A DNA stretch of 52,149 nucleotides from a virus. Lineage: Duplodnaviria > Caudoviricetes. Location: the IMG/VR virus record IMGVR_UViG_3300037756_000051, positions 1 through 52,149 of that record, one strand, 5' to 3'. A program made the translations under genes and the position numbers. Below, piece after piece: positions 1 through 8,074 of the stretch (positions are counted from its first letter, which is position 1; the number at the start of each line of letters is the position of its first letter). The notes below the pieces were generated by a model, which saw only the letters and a program-made list of their open reading frames with translations, ran no database searches and was not told where the DNA came from.

Positions 1-1
1 A

Positions 2-181
2 GCCCTTGCCGGAAACCCTTGGATTGAGGGTGTCCCCAGAGCTTTGCGAGTGGCTTCAGGGCCTGCCAAAGAATTGGACCGTAGGCAGCGAATAGAGGCG
101 ATCGGCGACGCCAATCCACCGATCATGGCCACGATAATCGGCAGAGCCATCCTCTCTACGAAGGGAGGCGTCAATGTCTAA
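2..181 (+). CDS. DNA cytosine-C5 methyltransferase, C-terminal fragment (5' end outside window)
   Basis: Frame from nt 2 reads ...RVASG..ELDRRQRIEAIGDANPPIMATIIGRAIL, resembling the motif X end (RLKALGNAVVP..IGRAI) of phage C5 methyltransferases; stop TAA 179-181. Confidence 0.7.
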   Translation, partial: ALAGNPWIEGVPRALRVASGPAKELDRRQRIEAIGDANPPIMATIIGRAILSTKGGVNV

Positions 182-587
182 GCTCATAAACATCACCGCC
201 CCGCAGCATCGTTGCAGTATTGGCGCATGCCCTGCTGTCTACACCGATCTGACGCCTGCGGAACACAGATGCGAGATCGGCGTGTCATGTCCAGCCGTTC
301 TCCGCACTGAAGGCAGATACGTCATCATCGGAAAACGGCTTGATCCTGAAGCTGAAGGATTATCCGGGAAGGTCGGCGAAAGCGAGGCAGCCGTCGAGAT
401 CCCTGCCGAGATCGTTCTGGCGGCGCTTGGGGTGGATGACCTCATGAAAGCAGCGAAGCCGTTTGCAGCGCTCCTCTGCTCCGATGAGGACGGTTTTAAT
501 CGGACGCGACCGTTCTCGTTTGAGGACTTTGATGCCAAAGTCCGCGCTCTCCGCTCCGCTATCAAGCGTGCGAAAGGAGGTGAGTGA
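174..587 (+). CDS. hypothetical protein with duplicated HRCxIGx(x)CPAV motif
   Basis: ORF with GGAGG RBS upstream; two Cys-rich repeats at the N-terminus. Confidence 0.6.
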   Translation: MSKLINITAPQHRCSIGACPAVYTDLTPAEHRCEIGVSCPAVLRTEGRYVIIGKRLDPEAEGLSGKVGESEAAVEIPAEIVLAALGVDDLMKAAKPFAALLCSDEDGFNRTRPFSFEDFDAKVRALRSAIKRAKGGE

Positions 588-967
588 TGGCTGAAGAAAT
601 CAACGTCGAGAAGCTTTCTAAGATTTGCGCGCGACTTGCTTCGCCTCACGATGGCGAGCGTGCAGCTGCCGCGCTTATAGCAACGCAAATCCTTGAAGAC
701 TTTGATATGCGATGGGATGATCTTATCATCAAAGCATTTCAAGGAAAAGAAAAACCGCAATCATCGCGTTTCGATAGTCGAGTTTCTGGGTGGCACGTTT
801 CATATTGTCAACATGTGCTCGATAATTACTTCGAAGATCTGAACGAATGGCAAATCGGATTTTTGCAAAACCTATGCGGAAAATTTCAGCATTCTTGCTT
901 GACCGAGAAACAGGCCGCTAAACTTGAAGAAATCCTAGATTTGTTCAAAATAAAGGTGCGGACATGA
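584..967 (+). CDS. hypothetical phage protein
   Basis: AGGAGG RBS; GTGA and ATGA overlaps with neighbours. Confidence 0.6.
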   Translation: MMAEEINVEKLSKICARLASPHDGERAAAALIATQILEDFDMRWDDLIIKAFQGKEKPQSSRFDSRVSGWHVSYCQHVLDNYFEDLNEWQIGFLQNLCGKFQHSCLTEKQAAKLEEILDLFKIKVRT

Positions 968-1908
968 ACGAACGTGGAATTGGCGACAACCGCGCCCCAT
1001 TCGATTGCTTGGGTTTCATCGATTTCATCCTCGAAAGCCCGGGCAGCGCATACGAAAAGCTCATCGCTATCGCCATAGCACGGCATATCGGAAAAGATGG
1101 GAAACCTGCCTATCCGAGCCGCAATACAATTTTGCGGTTGGCGAGCTGCTCACTGCCTACGTTCAAGCGCGCTCAGCCGGTTGTAAACGAGTTCTATTTC
1201 GCAACTCAACGTGACGGCAGGTCAACTGAATACGTCGCAAAAACGATGGTTACAACCTCTGAAATTGAGGTCGCTATTTCGAATTTGAGGGCAAATACCG
1301 GGTATCAGAGAGATACCGGCTCAGAGAGAACCCGGCATCAGAGAGATACCGACCGTGGTATCAGAGAGATACCGGCTCAGAGAGAACCCGGGTTCTCTGA
1401 GATACCGGGGGGGGCTCACTGTGATACCGGGGGTGGTATCAGAGAGATACCACAGAAGGAGACAAGTAAGGAGCCACTTAAGGAAGATATGTCATCGGTC
1501 GAGCTACCGCTCGAACCTGATGACCCGTCTCCAAAACTGCCGCGTATCGTTAGCGAGGCGTTTGAGCTTTACAATCTCACTGCGGAAAAATGCGGACTGC
1601 CGGTTGCCCGAGTTCTCAGCCCGTCCCGGGCAGACGCCTTGCGAAGCCGTGTGAAGGAAGCTGGGGGCCTTGATGGCTTCAAGGAAGCGCTTGCCAACAT
1701 TGAGCGTTCAGCATTCCTGCAGGGCAACAACGACCGCGGATGGAAGGCCGATCTGAAGTTCGTGTGTCAAGCCAGCTCGTTTGCCAGGCTTTTGGAAGGC
1801 GGTTACGGCAACGGCGTACATGCTTCACCCAGCAGTCGACCGCAAACCGTATTTCGCGACAGCGACATTCCCGATGTCATGCCGAGGCCACGGGAGGTCG
1901 ACGCGTGA
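964..1908 (+). CDS. phage replication initiator (N-terminal HTH-like domain, lambda O-like position)
   Basis: AYPSRNTI HTH-like N-terminus, central iteron array, C-terminal FLQGNNDRGWKADLKF motif typical of phage replication proteins; directly upstream of DnaB. Confidence 0.8.
   Translation: MNERGIGDNRAPFDCLGFIDFILESPGSAYEKLIAIAIARHIGKDGKPAYPSRNTILRLASCSLPTFKRAQPVVNEFYFATQRDGRSTEYVAKTMVTTSEIEVAISNLRANTGYQRDTGSERTRHQRDTDRGIREIPAQREPGFSEIPGGAHCDTGGGIREIPQKETSKEPLKEDMSSVELPLEPDDPSPKLPRIVSEAFELYNLTAEKCGLPVARVLSPSRADALRSRVKEAGGLDGFKEALANIERSAFLQGNNDRGWKADLKFVCQASSFARLLEGGYGNGVHASPSSRPQTVFRDSDIPDVMPRPREVDA
1295..1452. repeat. iteron array, probable replication origin
   Basis: About 8 copies of the imperfect palindrome GGTATC-AGAGA-GATACC or variants; 35-bp direct repeat at 1301-1335 and 1357-1391 inside the initiator gene. 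Confidence 0.8.
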
Positions 1909-3299
1909 CGGAAGCTGCCCAAGAGCACCTGACCAGCCTTCATGCGGAATGGCATGTTCTCGGAACGCTACTGGCTACGCCGCAAGCGCATTACGCGCTG
2001 GACGTTTTGTCCGATGAGGATTTCAGCCATCCGGCTGCAAAGCTTCTGTTTTCGCTGATCCGGCGGGTTTCGGTCGACGGCGGCATGCCATCCACGACCG
2101 CAATAGCGCCGTTGCTCCAAGGGCAGGAAGCGGGCGGGCTGAAGGACTGGCGCATCCTTGCCGCCGCAACGCAGTTCATCGGGGATACCAGCATCGATGT
2201 GTTGCAGTCCAACATCCGCAGCCTGAAGGAATTCTCAGGTCGACGGCGCATGGTCAGGCTTGGCGAGCATCTGCACAGCGCTGGCCAGACAATCCTGTTG
2301 CCGGTTCTTTTCGAATGTGAAGACGCGATTGCCGAGCTTGACGGCATCGCCGCGCAGCTTCGCAACACACGGTCGACAAGCCACACGATCGGCGAGCTAT
2401 CACAGCGCGTGGTCGACATGCTGGCCTCAGGCGACATCACGCATCTGGTCGACACGGGATTGTCAGACCTCAACAAGGAAATCGGCGGTTTTTCCCGCGG
2501 CGAACTGACCATTCTCGCCGGTCGACCCGGAATGGGCAAGACCACGCTCGCGCTTTCGATGCTTCGCCAGGCGGCGCGCAAGGGCGTTACGTCGACGTTT
2601 TTCTCAATGGAAATGCCGTCGACGGCGGTTGCGGCGCGGCTGCTGAGCGATGCGCTGTTCACCTCGCAGATGACGGTTCCCTACAAGGACATCATCCGCG
2701 GCGAACTGCCATCATGGGGGCTGGAGCGCATCCGGTCGGTGCAAGACACGCTGGCCGACCTGCTGATGCTGGTCGACGACCAGTCAGGGCTTACCGTGAG
2801 CGAGATCGGCGTTCGTGCCCGCCGCTATCAGGACAAGCTCGAAACGCAGGGCAGAACGCTTGACGTGATCTGCGTTGACCATATCGGCTTTGTGAAGGCG
2901 ACCAGCGCCTACAAGGGCCAGAGACATCTGGAGCTTGGCGAAATCACGAAGGGGCTTAAGGCGATCGCGAAGAGCCTTGACGTGGCTGTCGTGGGACTAT
3001 GCCAGCTCAATCGCGAAAACGAGAAGCGCGAGAACAGACGCCCTGAATTGTCAGATCTACGCAATAGCGGTGAAATAGAAGAAGACGCTGACACAGTTCT
3101 CGCGGCATACCGCCTCGCCTATTACCTTGAAAAAATGCGTTATGAAGATGAGGAAAAAGAGCGGAAACGCTTGGTAGACTTGGAAAAAGCTAGTAAAATA
3201 GTTGAAATAATCGGGTTGAAGACCCGTAATGGCCCGACATTTTCGCGGAAGTTCTTCGCCGACATGGGCAGTAACTACATCCGCGACATGGCGGCGTGA
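1905..3299 (+). CDS. dnaB: replicative DNA helicase, DnaB family
   Basis: Walker A AGRPGMGKT, FFSMEM, VDHIG, QLNR, RPELSDLRNSGEIEEDAD. Start GTG 1905 overlaps the initiator stop (GTGA). Confidence 0.95.
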   Translation: MTEAAQEHLTSLHAEWHVLGTLLATPQAHYALDVLSDEDFSHPAAKLLFSLIRRVSVDGGMPSTTAIAPLLQGQEAGGLKDWRILAAATQFIGDTSIDVLQSNIRSLKEFSGRRRMVRLGEHLHSAGQTILLPVLFECEDAIAELDGIAAQLRNTRSTSHTIGELSQRVVDMLASGDITHLVDTGLSDLNKEIGGFSRGELTILAGRPGMGKTTLALSMLRQAARKGVTSTFFSMEMPSTAVAARLLSDALFTSQMTVPYKDIIRGELPSWGLERIRSVQDTLADLLMLVDDQSGLTVSEIGVRARRYQDKLETQGRTLDVICVDHIGFVKATSAYKGQRHLELGEITKGLKAIAKSLDVAVVGLCQLNRENEKRENRRPELSDLRNSGEIEEDADTVLAAYRLAYYLEKMRYEDEEKERKRLVDLEKASKIVEIIGLKTRNGPTFSRKFFADMGSNYIRDMAA

Positions 3300-3308
3300 G
3301 GTAAGAGC

Positions 3309-3452
3309 ATGAGTGAAAAAGACCCGAACAAGGACATCCGCCCGTGGCAGACCATTGGCGAGGCCGTCAACGAGATGCTGGTGAAGACGGCGAATGCCTA
3401 TGCAGATCCGAAGCAGGTTGAGCCGATCAAACGTCGGCGGGAACCGCGCTGA
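3309..3452 (+). CDS. hypothetical protein (47 aa)
   Basis: GAGG RBS, ATG 3309, TGATG coupling to the next gene. Confidence 0.45.
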   Translation: MSEKDPNKDIRPWQTIGEAVNEMLVKTANAYADPKQVEPIKRRREPR

Positions 3453-3724
3453 TGACCCCGAGCTACCAGGAAAACATCCAGCCTCTCACCCGGACAGAAG
3501 AGCAGGCCATATGCCGTGTGATTGAGAAGATCCACGCGGCAATGGAGCGTAAACACGGCCCCACCTATGTCTCCGGAGACCGGGAGAGGGTCGCAAAGAT
3601 CGAGGCTGTCATCCTGTCAGATCCGAATAGAAGCTCTGTGCTTTTAGCGGAGCGAGCCGGATGCAGTCGGCATCTGATCAACAGGCATAGGGCGCGGATG
3701 CGGGAAGAAGGGAAAATCAGATGA
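3452..3724 (+). CDS. hypothetical protein, possible C-terminal HTH
   Basis: Coupled ORF; RSSVLLAERAGCSRHLINRHR is HTH-like. Confidence 0.5.
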   Translation: MTPSYQENIQPLTRTEEQAICRVIEKIHAAMERKHGPTYVSGDRERVAKIEAVILSDPNRSSVLLAERAGCSRHLINRHRARMREEGKIR

Positions 3725-3960
3725 AACTCCACGACAGCGTCACCCTGACAACGGACGAATACGACTGGATCGGCCTGCGTAAGGGCTCAATAGGAACCAT
3801 CGTTCAAGTCTACGATGAAGGTCGGGGATTTGAGGTTGAGTTCGAAGGCTTCGGGGAGCCGGTAACGGTTTTGAACGCGAGCATTTTGGCACTCAACCAC
3901 GAAACTGGCACTCAAACAGACAATTCTGGCACTGAAAACGAAACGAGTGCCAAAACCTAA
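3721..3960 (+). CDS. DUF4926-like small protein
   Basis: DSVTL..D....GL.KG.IGTIVQVY....FEVEF pattern. Confidence 0.6.
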   Translation: MKLHDSVTLTTDEYDWIGLRKGSIGTIVQVYDEGRGFEVEFEGFGEPVTVLNASILALNHETGTQTDNSGTENETSAKT

Positions 3961-3973
3961 GGAGGGCATAGTC

Positions 3974-4432
3974 ATTACTCTGATCTGCTGGGATGGCCGC
4001 ACAGTGGCGGCCGATGGTTTATACAGCTACGACATTTTGCGGGCATCAGCCAGCCTGCCAAAGCTTCGCCGCAAGGATGGCTTCGTATTCGCCTTGACCG
4101 GCACCACGGCGCTTTATGATCCGATGGTAGAATGGTTTCTCGGGGATCGCAATCCAGATAACTTGCCCAAGGTCAGCAGTGATCACATGGATACCCGCCT
4201 TCTCGTTTTTAAAGACGGCTTATGCGAATCCTACAAACTCAATCTGCCGTATCCTGAACCATGCTTTGCCCCTGATGCGTGGGGCATATGTGCGGAATAT
4301 GCACTCGGGTGCATGGATGAGGGAGCCGATGCGGCGCGCGCTGTGGAACGGTCGATCGTTCGCTGCAAAGAACTCGGCGGCCCCGTCCAGGTCATAGACC
4401 TCGAAAGCCTTAAGGCGGAGATCGCAGCATGA
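3974..4432 (+). CDS. Ntn-hydrolase (HslV / proteasome beta-like) phage protein, probable ATT start
   Basis: TLICWDGRTVAADG N-terminus and AWG..AEYALGCM..GADA..AVE C-terminus; AAGGAGG at 3959-3965 sits just upstream of ATT 3974. Confidence 0.6.
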   Translation: MTLICWDGRTVAADGLYSYDILRASASLPKLRRKDGFVFALTGTTALYDPMVEWFLGDRNPDNLPKVSSDHMDTRLLVFKDGLCESYKLNLPYPEPCFAPDAWGICAEYALGCMDEGADAARAVERSIVRCKELGGPVQVIDLESLKAEIAA

Positions 4433-4779
4433 CCGACTTCACCCCCGACTGGAAACTTTCACAGCAAGACCAGTTACAGGTTCACCTGTCGATAGCGCTG
4501 GCGAAACACGTTCCTGACTGGCCTGGCGCGACGGATGAACAGCTTGCTGCTGTGGCTGGCGATCTTTCTCCCGCCATCGCCAAAGCGATAGACGATGCTG
4601 TGAGGGAAGAACGGGAACGCTGTGCGAAGGTACTTGACCGAAAGATCATCGCGCTGATGAAGGACATCGCAATTCTTATGAAGCACGGCGGTCATGAGAT
4701 CATAGATCAAATTGAAAATTCGATCATGCCGAACTTGGAGGAATTAGCCGCCGCTATTCGTTCACGAGGCCAGTCATGA
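4429..4779 (+). CDS. hypothetical phage protein (EERERCA...AAAIR motif)
   Basis: ATGA-coupled ORF with a common phage accessory motif. Confidence 0.55.
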   Translation: MTDFTPDWKLSQQDQLQVHLSIALAKHVPDWPGATDEQLAAVAGDLSPAIAKAIDDAVREERERCAKVLDRKIIALMKDIAILMKHGGHEIIDQIENSIMPNLEELAAAIRSRGQS

Positions 4780-5099
4780 CCGACCCCATCGAAACCACAG
4801 ACCTTCCGTATCACGCGAAGGCGGTGGAGATTATGAGCCGTCAGTGCTGCCGCAGTTGCAAGGCGGTCGGCGATACCTGCGAGTGCGAGGCTGAGGGCGG
4901 AATTAGGATTGCGTATCCGATCAGCGGCGTCGATCTCGTCTCCGCCATAGCCGCCGCTCTTGAAGCTGAAAGGCTGGAGGAACGGGAGCGGTGCAAGGTT
5001 TTCAATGCTGATGTTATCGCGATGATTTTAGCAGAAAACCCAGATACATCGCCAGCCTATCTTGCTGTCCAAATTTGCGAAAGGATTGAAAATGCCTAG
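4776..5099 (+). CDS. hypothetical Cys-rich protein (EERERC motif)
   Basis: ATGA-coupled ORF. Confidence 0.55.
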   Translation: MTDPIETTDLPYHAKAVEIMSRQCCRSCKAVGDTCECEAEGGIRIAYPISGVDLVSAIAAALEAERLEERERCKVFNADVIAMILAENPDTSPAYLAVQICERIENA

Positions 5100-5301
5100 A
5101 GGCGCACCTGTTCCGGTTATGGGGATAAACCTTCGCCGGGAAGATGACCGCGTGATTGTATCGGCGGAGAATGAAGATGGCAAGCTAGTGGATCTGATCA
5201 TCGAGCGCTTTGATGCGCCGATCAGCCATCATGTCAGCGAACATGGCATTCGTTTGTGTTTCGCCGCCGCCATTCGCAACAGGGAGACAGACAATGAATG
5301 A
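5092..5301 (+). CDS. hypothetical protein
   Basis: AAGGA RBS, ATG 5092. Confidence 0.5.
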   Translation: MPRGAPVPVMGINLRREDDRVIVSAENEDGKLVDLIIERFDAPISHHVSEHGIRLCFAAAIRNRETDNE

Positions 5302-5821
5302 CGACATAATCCACGACCTCGGCTCCGCCGAAGACGAGACCAACGAATTCTATCACAAATGGTTGGACAGGAAAGCCGAAGCTGAATCTCTTCGCTCTGA
5401 GCTGGAAGCCTCACGGCATCGAGTGGCGGAGCTTGAAGCGCGACTTGAGATCGACCATTACTTCACGTTCGCAAAAGACGGCGGCGAAGAATTCGTTCGC
5501 GTCGATCTGCCGCCAGATCAGCGGGACAGATTCCCTGACGGCATCGAAGCTCGCGACGCCACTATCAAGCTACAGGAGGAGGCGCTGGCGCGCAAGGATG
5601 CGCGGATAGCTGAGCTTGCTGCAGCAGTCGCGGGAAAAGTCAAACTTATTGAACCCGATCCAGAAACCATCGCATGGGCGGAAGGCGTTTTTGCGGCAGA
5701 AGATGCCAAGAACGCCACCATCGAAGACCTTTCCAGGAAGCTGGAAGCCTCCCGGCATCGGGTGGCTCTGCTCGAAGCTGTGATAAGGAACAACGAGATC
5801 GATCTGGCTGAGAAGGAATAA
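5294..5821 (+). CDS. hypothetical coiled-coil protein with internal LEASRHRVA repeat
   Basis: GGGAG RBS, ATG 5294; near-identical DNA repeats at about 5401 and 5740. Confidence 0.55.
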   Translation: MNDDIIHDLGSAEDETNEFYHKWLDRKAEAESLRSELEASRHRVAELEARLEIDHYFTFAKDGGEEFVRVDLPPDQRDRFPDGIEARDATIKLQEEALARKDARIAELAAAVAGKVKLIEPDPETIAWAEGVFAAEDAKNATIEDLSRKLEASRHRVALLEAVIRNNEIDLAEKE

Positions 5822-5825
5822 TCCA

Positions 5826-5999
5826 ATGCACCTCCTCCACACCGGCGAATGGCGCTTTGAAAAGAACGATCTGGTCATCACGTTGCGCAGCGAATACGCC
5901 GACGTTCACAGCGACGGCGACTATTCCGCGGCAGATACCGAATGGCGCATACCGCTTGCGGAACTTGCCGAGGTACTACGGACGCCAAAATCAGATTAA
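5826..5999 (+). CDS. hypothetical protein (57 aa)
   Basis: AAGGA RBS and an open frame filling the gap. Confidence 0.4.
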   Translation: MHLLHTGEWRFEKNDLVITLRSEYADVHSDGDYSAADTEWRIPLAELAEVLRTPKSD

Positions 6000-6042
6000 C
6001 CGGCGCCAGCGACGCGCTGTGACCGATACACGAGGGATTAAA

Positions 6043-6321
6043 ATGGACATCGATGAGAAAGAACTGAAACGCATCGCCGACGAGATGGGCGTCACGGTCG
6101 AAGACCTGAAGCATTTAGCCGAGCGCCTGGATGGTTCTGCTGTCTCATTGACCGACAAGATCGCCAAGGCTGGCGGCGATAGCGGCACCATAGCATGTCA
6201 GCTTTGTGGTGGCGACGCTGACTTTCACCGCAACGGCCCATCTTACACCGTCAAGTGCGACTGCGGAATGGGAGCTATTGGGCATATGCCGGAGAACATG
6301 ATCCCGCATACGAGGCATTAG
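6043..6321 (+). CDS. hypothetical zinc-ribbon protein
   Basis: GAGG RBS, ATG 6043, CQLC...CDC. Confidence 0.5.
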   Translation: MDIDEKELKRIADEMGVTVEDLKHLAERLDGSAVSLTDKIAKAGGDSGTIACQLCGGDADFHRNGPSYTVKCDCGMGAIGHMPENMIPHTRH

Positions 6322-6323
6322 CC

Positions 6324-6563
6324 GTGGCGCGCTCAAGGATCATAACCGGACTGAAGCAAGCCGTAAGGCACGCGAGGGAGATGAATAGGTTGCCCATAGA
6401 ATGCTGCGAATGCGGGATCAAGCAGGATGAATGGTATGATTGGGCAGGCGGGAGCTTCGCGAATATTTACGAGCGTCGAGGCAAGCTTTACTGCGACAGC
6501 CATCTGATGGATACCCCCGAAAAGCGTGCGTATGAGCGTTGGTTTGTTGATCCTAATTCATGA
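6324..6563 (+). CDS. hypothetical Cys/His zinc-binding protein
   Basis: GAGG RBS, GTG 6324, CCEC...CDSH. Confidence 0.45.
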   Translation: MARSRIITGLKQAVRHAREMNRLPIECCECGIKQDEWYDWAGGSFANIYERRGKLYCDSHLMDTPEKRAYERWFVDPNS

Positions 6564-6570
6564 GGCCAGA

Positions 6571-7134
6571 ATGAGCAAACGCACGACCGCCAAGCAGAAC
6601 CAAACTGTCTACAAGGAATTTACCGATCTCACCGTCATGAAGCGGATCGACATGACGGCGGTGGCGATCTTCGAGGTCCACCGGACGCTTGAAGCAGAGA
6701 AGGCATTCGAGCCAAGGGCGAATACGCAGCTCCACCGTATCTGGAAGCTCAGGAAGCTCGACATGACACAGCAGCGCGGCTGGATACGCTTTCGGCAGGA
6801 CGCGCAAGACGCCTATGGCAAGTCGGGGCCGGTAACGTCATCCTACGGCGAAATCACCGATGGCGGTGACGGCGACGGCTTCCGGGTGCCCAGAGCCTGC
6901 GTCAACGATGCCCAGATCCGTATCGATCACCTCATGTACAATTATCTGATCTACGATGAAGTCTTGCTACTCCGAGACCTTATCAAGGATGATGTTCAAA
7001 ATCACGAGAATTTCAATCTAGAACTGATCGGGTTCATGAAAGCAGGGTACAAAAAGGAAGAAACGGCGCGCGCGAATGGCATTGGTCACATCCAGGCTTT
7101 GCTGACACGGCTCGGACGTTTTTACCGCTTCTGA
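6571..7134 (+). CDS. hypothetical protein, candidate late transcription regulator
   Basis: Last gene of the early cluster before a long non-coding region (Q-like position). Function inferred from position only. Confidence 0.4.
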   Translation: MSKRTTAKQNQTVYKEFTDLTVMKRIDMTAVAIFEVHRTLEAEKAFEPRANTQLHRIWKLRKLDMTQQRGWIRFRQDAQDAYGKSGPVTSSYGEITDGGDGDGFRVPRACVNDAQIRIDHLMYNYLIYDEVLLLRDLIKDDVQNHENFNLELIGFMKAGYKKEETARANGIGHIQALLTRLGRFYRF

Positions 7135-7359
7135 AAAAATATTTGAGTCAAGTGAAAAAAGTTCTTGCAGCCGCATTTTTTTTCTGATACGGCTTATATT
7201 TAACTGGCCCGATTTGCGCCTTTCAGCAACCGCAAACATCAGTCTTTCCCTTCAAAAACCTTGAAAATCAACGACTTTGGCTTGCGCCGATGCTGAAAAA
7301 GCTGTTCCTGCTCGCGAGTGTTTTCCTATTGACGGATTCCAATCGAATCACTAAGGCTG

Positions 7360-7910
7360 ATTCTTGTTAGCAGGCAGAAACCTAGGCTTTCAGACCGTTT
7401 AGACATAGTAAGCCCTGCCCATTTACAGAGCTTCTATGTCGTGGTTCAGAAACCTGAGTATTCCGAGCCGCCCATGAACATACCAGCTTAGCTGGCGCTG
7501 CACTTGCTGGCCTCATCTGAGGCAGGGTAGGTTAGTGGTCACCCATTTGATCAGCAGATCGCCCCGGCTCTTTCGAGCCGCAGTAACGGACTACCCCGGC
7601 AGCTAGTACAGCAACCGCCGGGTTCGATGCGGGCACTTCCCCCGCTCACTTGGTAGGCGTTCGGTTCATCCGGTGTTTTAGGTCTGGTTAACCCCCGGAA
7701 CCGAAGCACACAGGGTGCCGCGTATGGTCCGATCTGCTTGGGTGTCTTGGGGACAATAGGCAGATTGGCTACTCGATACGCAACGCACAAAGCCCCGCCG
7801 AAAGGCAGGGTGAAAAACTAGTTGACGGTGTTGGTGAACTGCATTATGCAGGAATCCTCTAAAGTTCTCGCGGTCTGCTTTGATTTAGCCGTCTGGCAGA
7901 CCGCGCCCTC
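7360..7910. ncRNA. structured non-coding region, strand uncertain
   Basis: No credible ORF; AGCAGATCG (7553) / CGATCTGCT (7730) encloses several hairpins; further stems at 7792-7811 and 7869-7905. Confidence 0.4.
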
Positions 7911-8029
7911 CTTTTAGATCAGCGTTCGTCGATAAATCAAATCATATTTTCGGATATCAGATAGCGTTTGATATTCGTTTTTGGTATGTCTGGGTCTGTG
8001 GATTGATTTCCGCCGATGCCGCTAAACTC

Positions 8030-8057
8030 TTGCGCATATACGTAATTAGGTTAGAAT
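8030..8057 (+). promoter_or_regulatory. candidate sigma70 promoter for the RNA array
   Basis: TTGCGC-16 nt-TAGAAT at the end of an AT-rich tract. Confidence 0.4.
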
Positions 8058-8074
8058 CGTTAGATGATTTGAGT

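Noticed and set aside
1740-1904. N-terminal extension of DnaB in the ORF track
   Set aside because: Overlaps the initiator gene; GTG 1905 has a GGAGG RBS and GTGA coupling.
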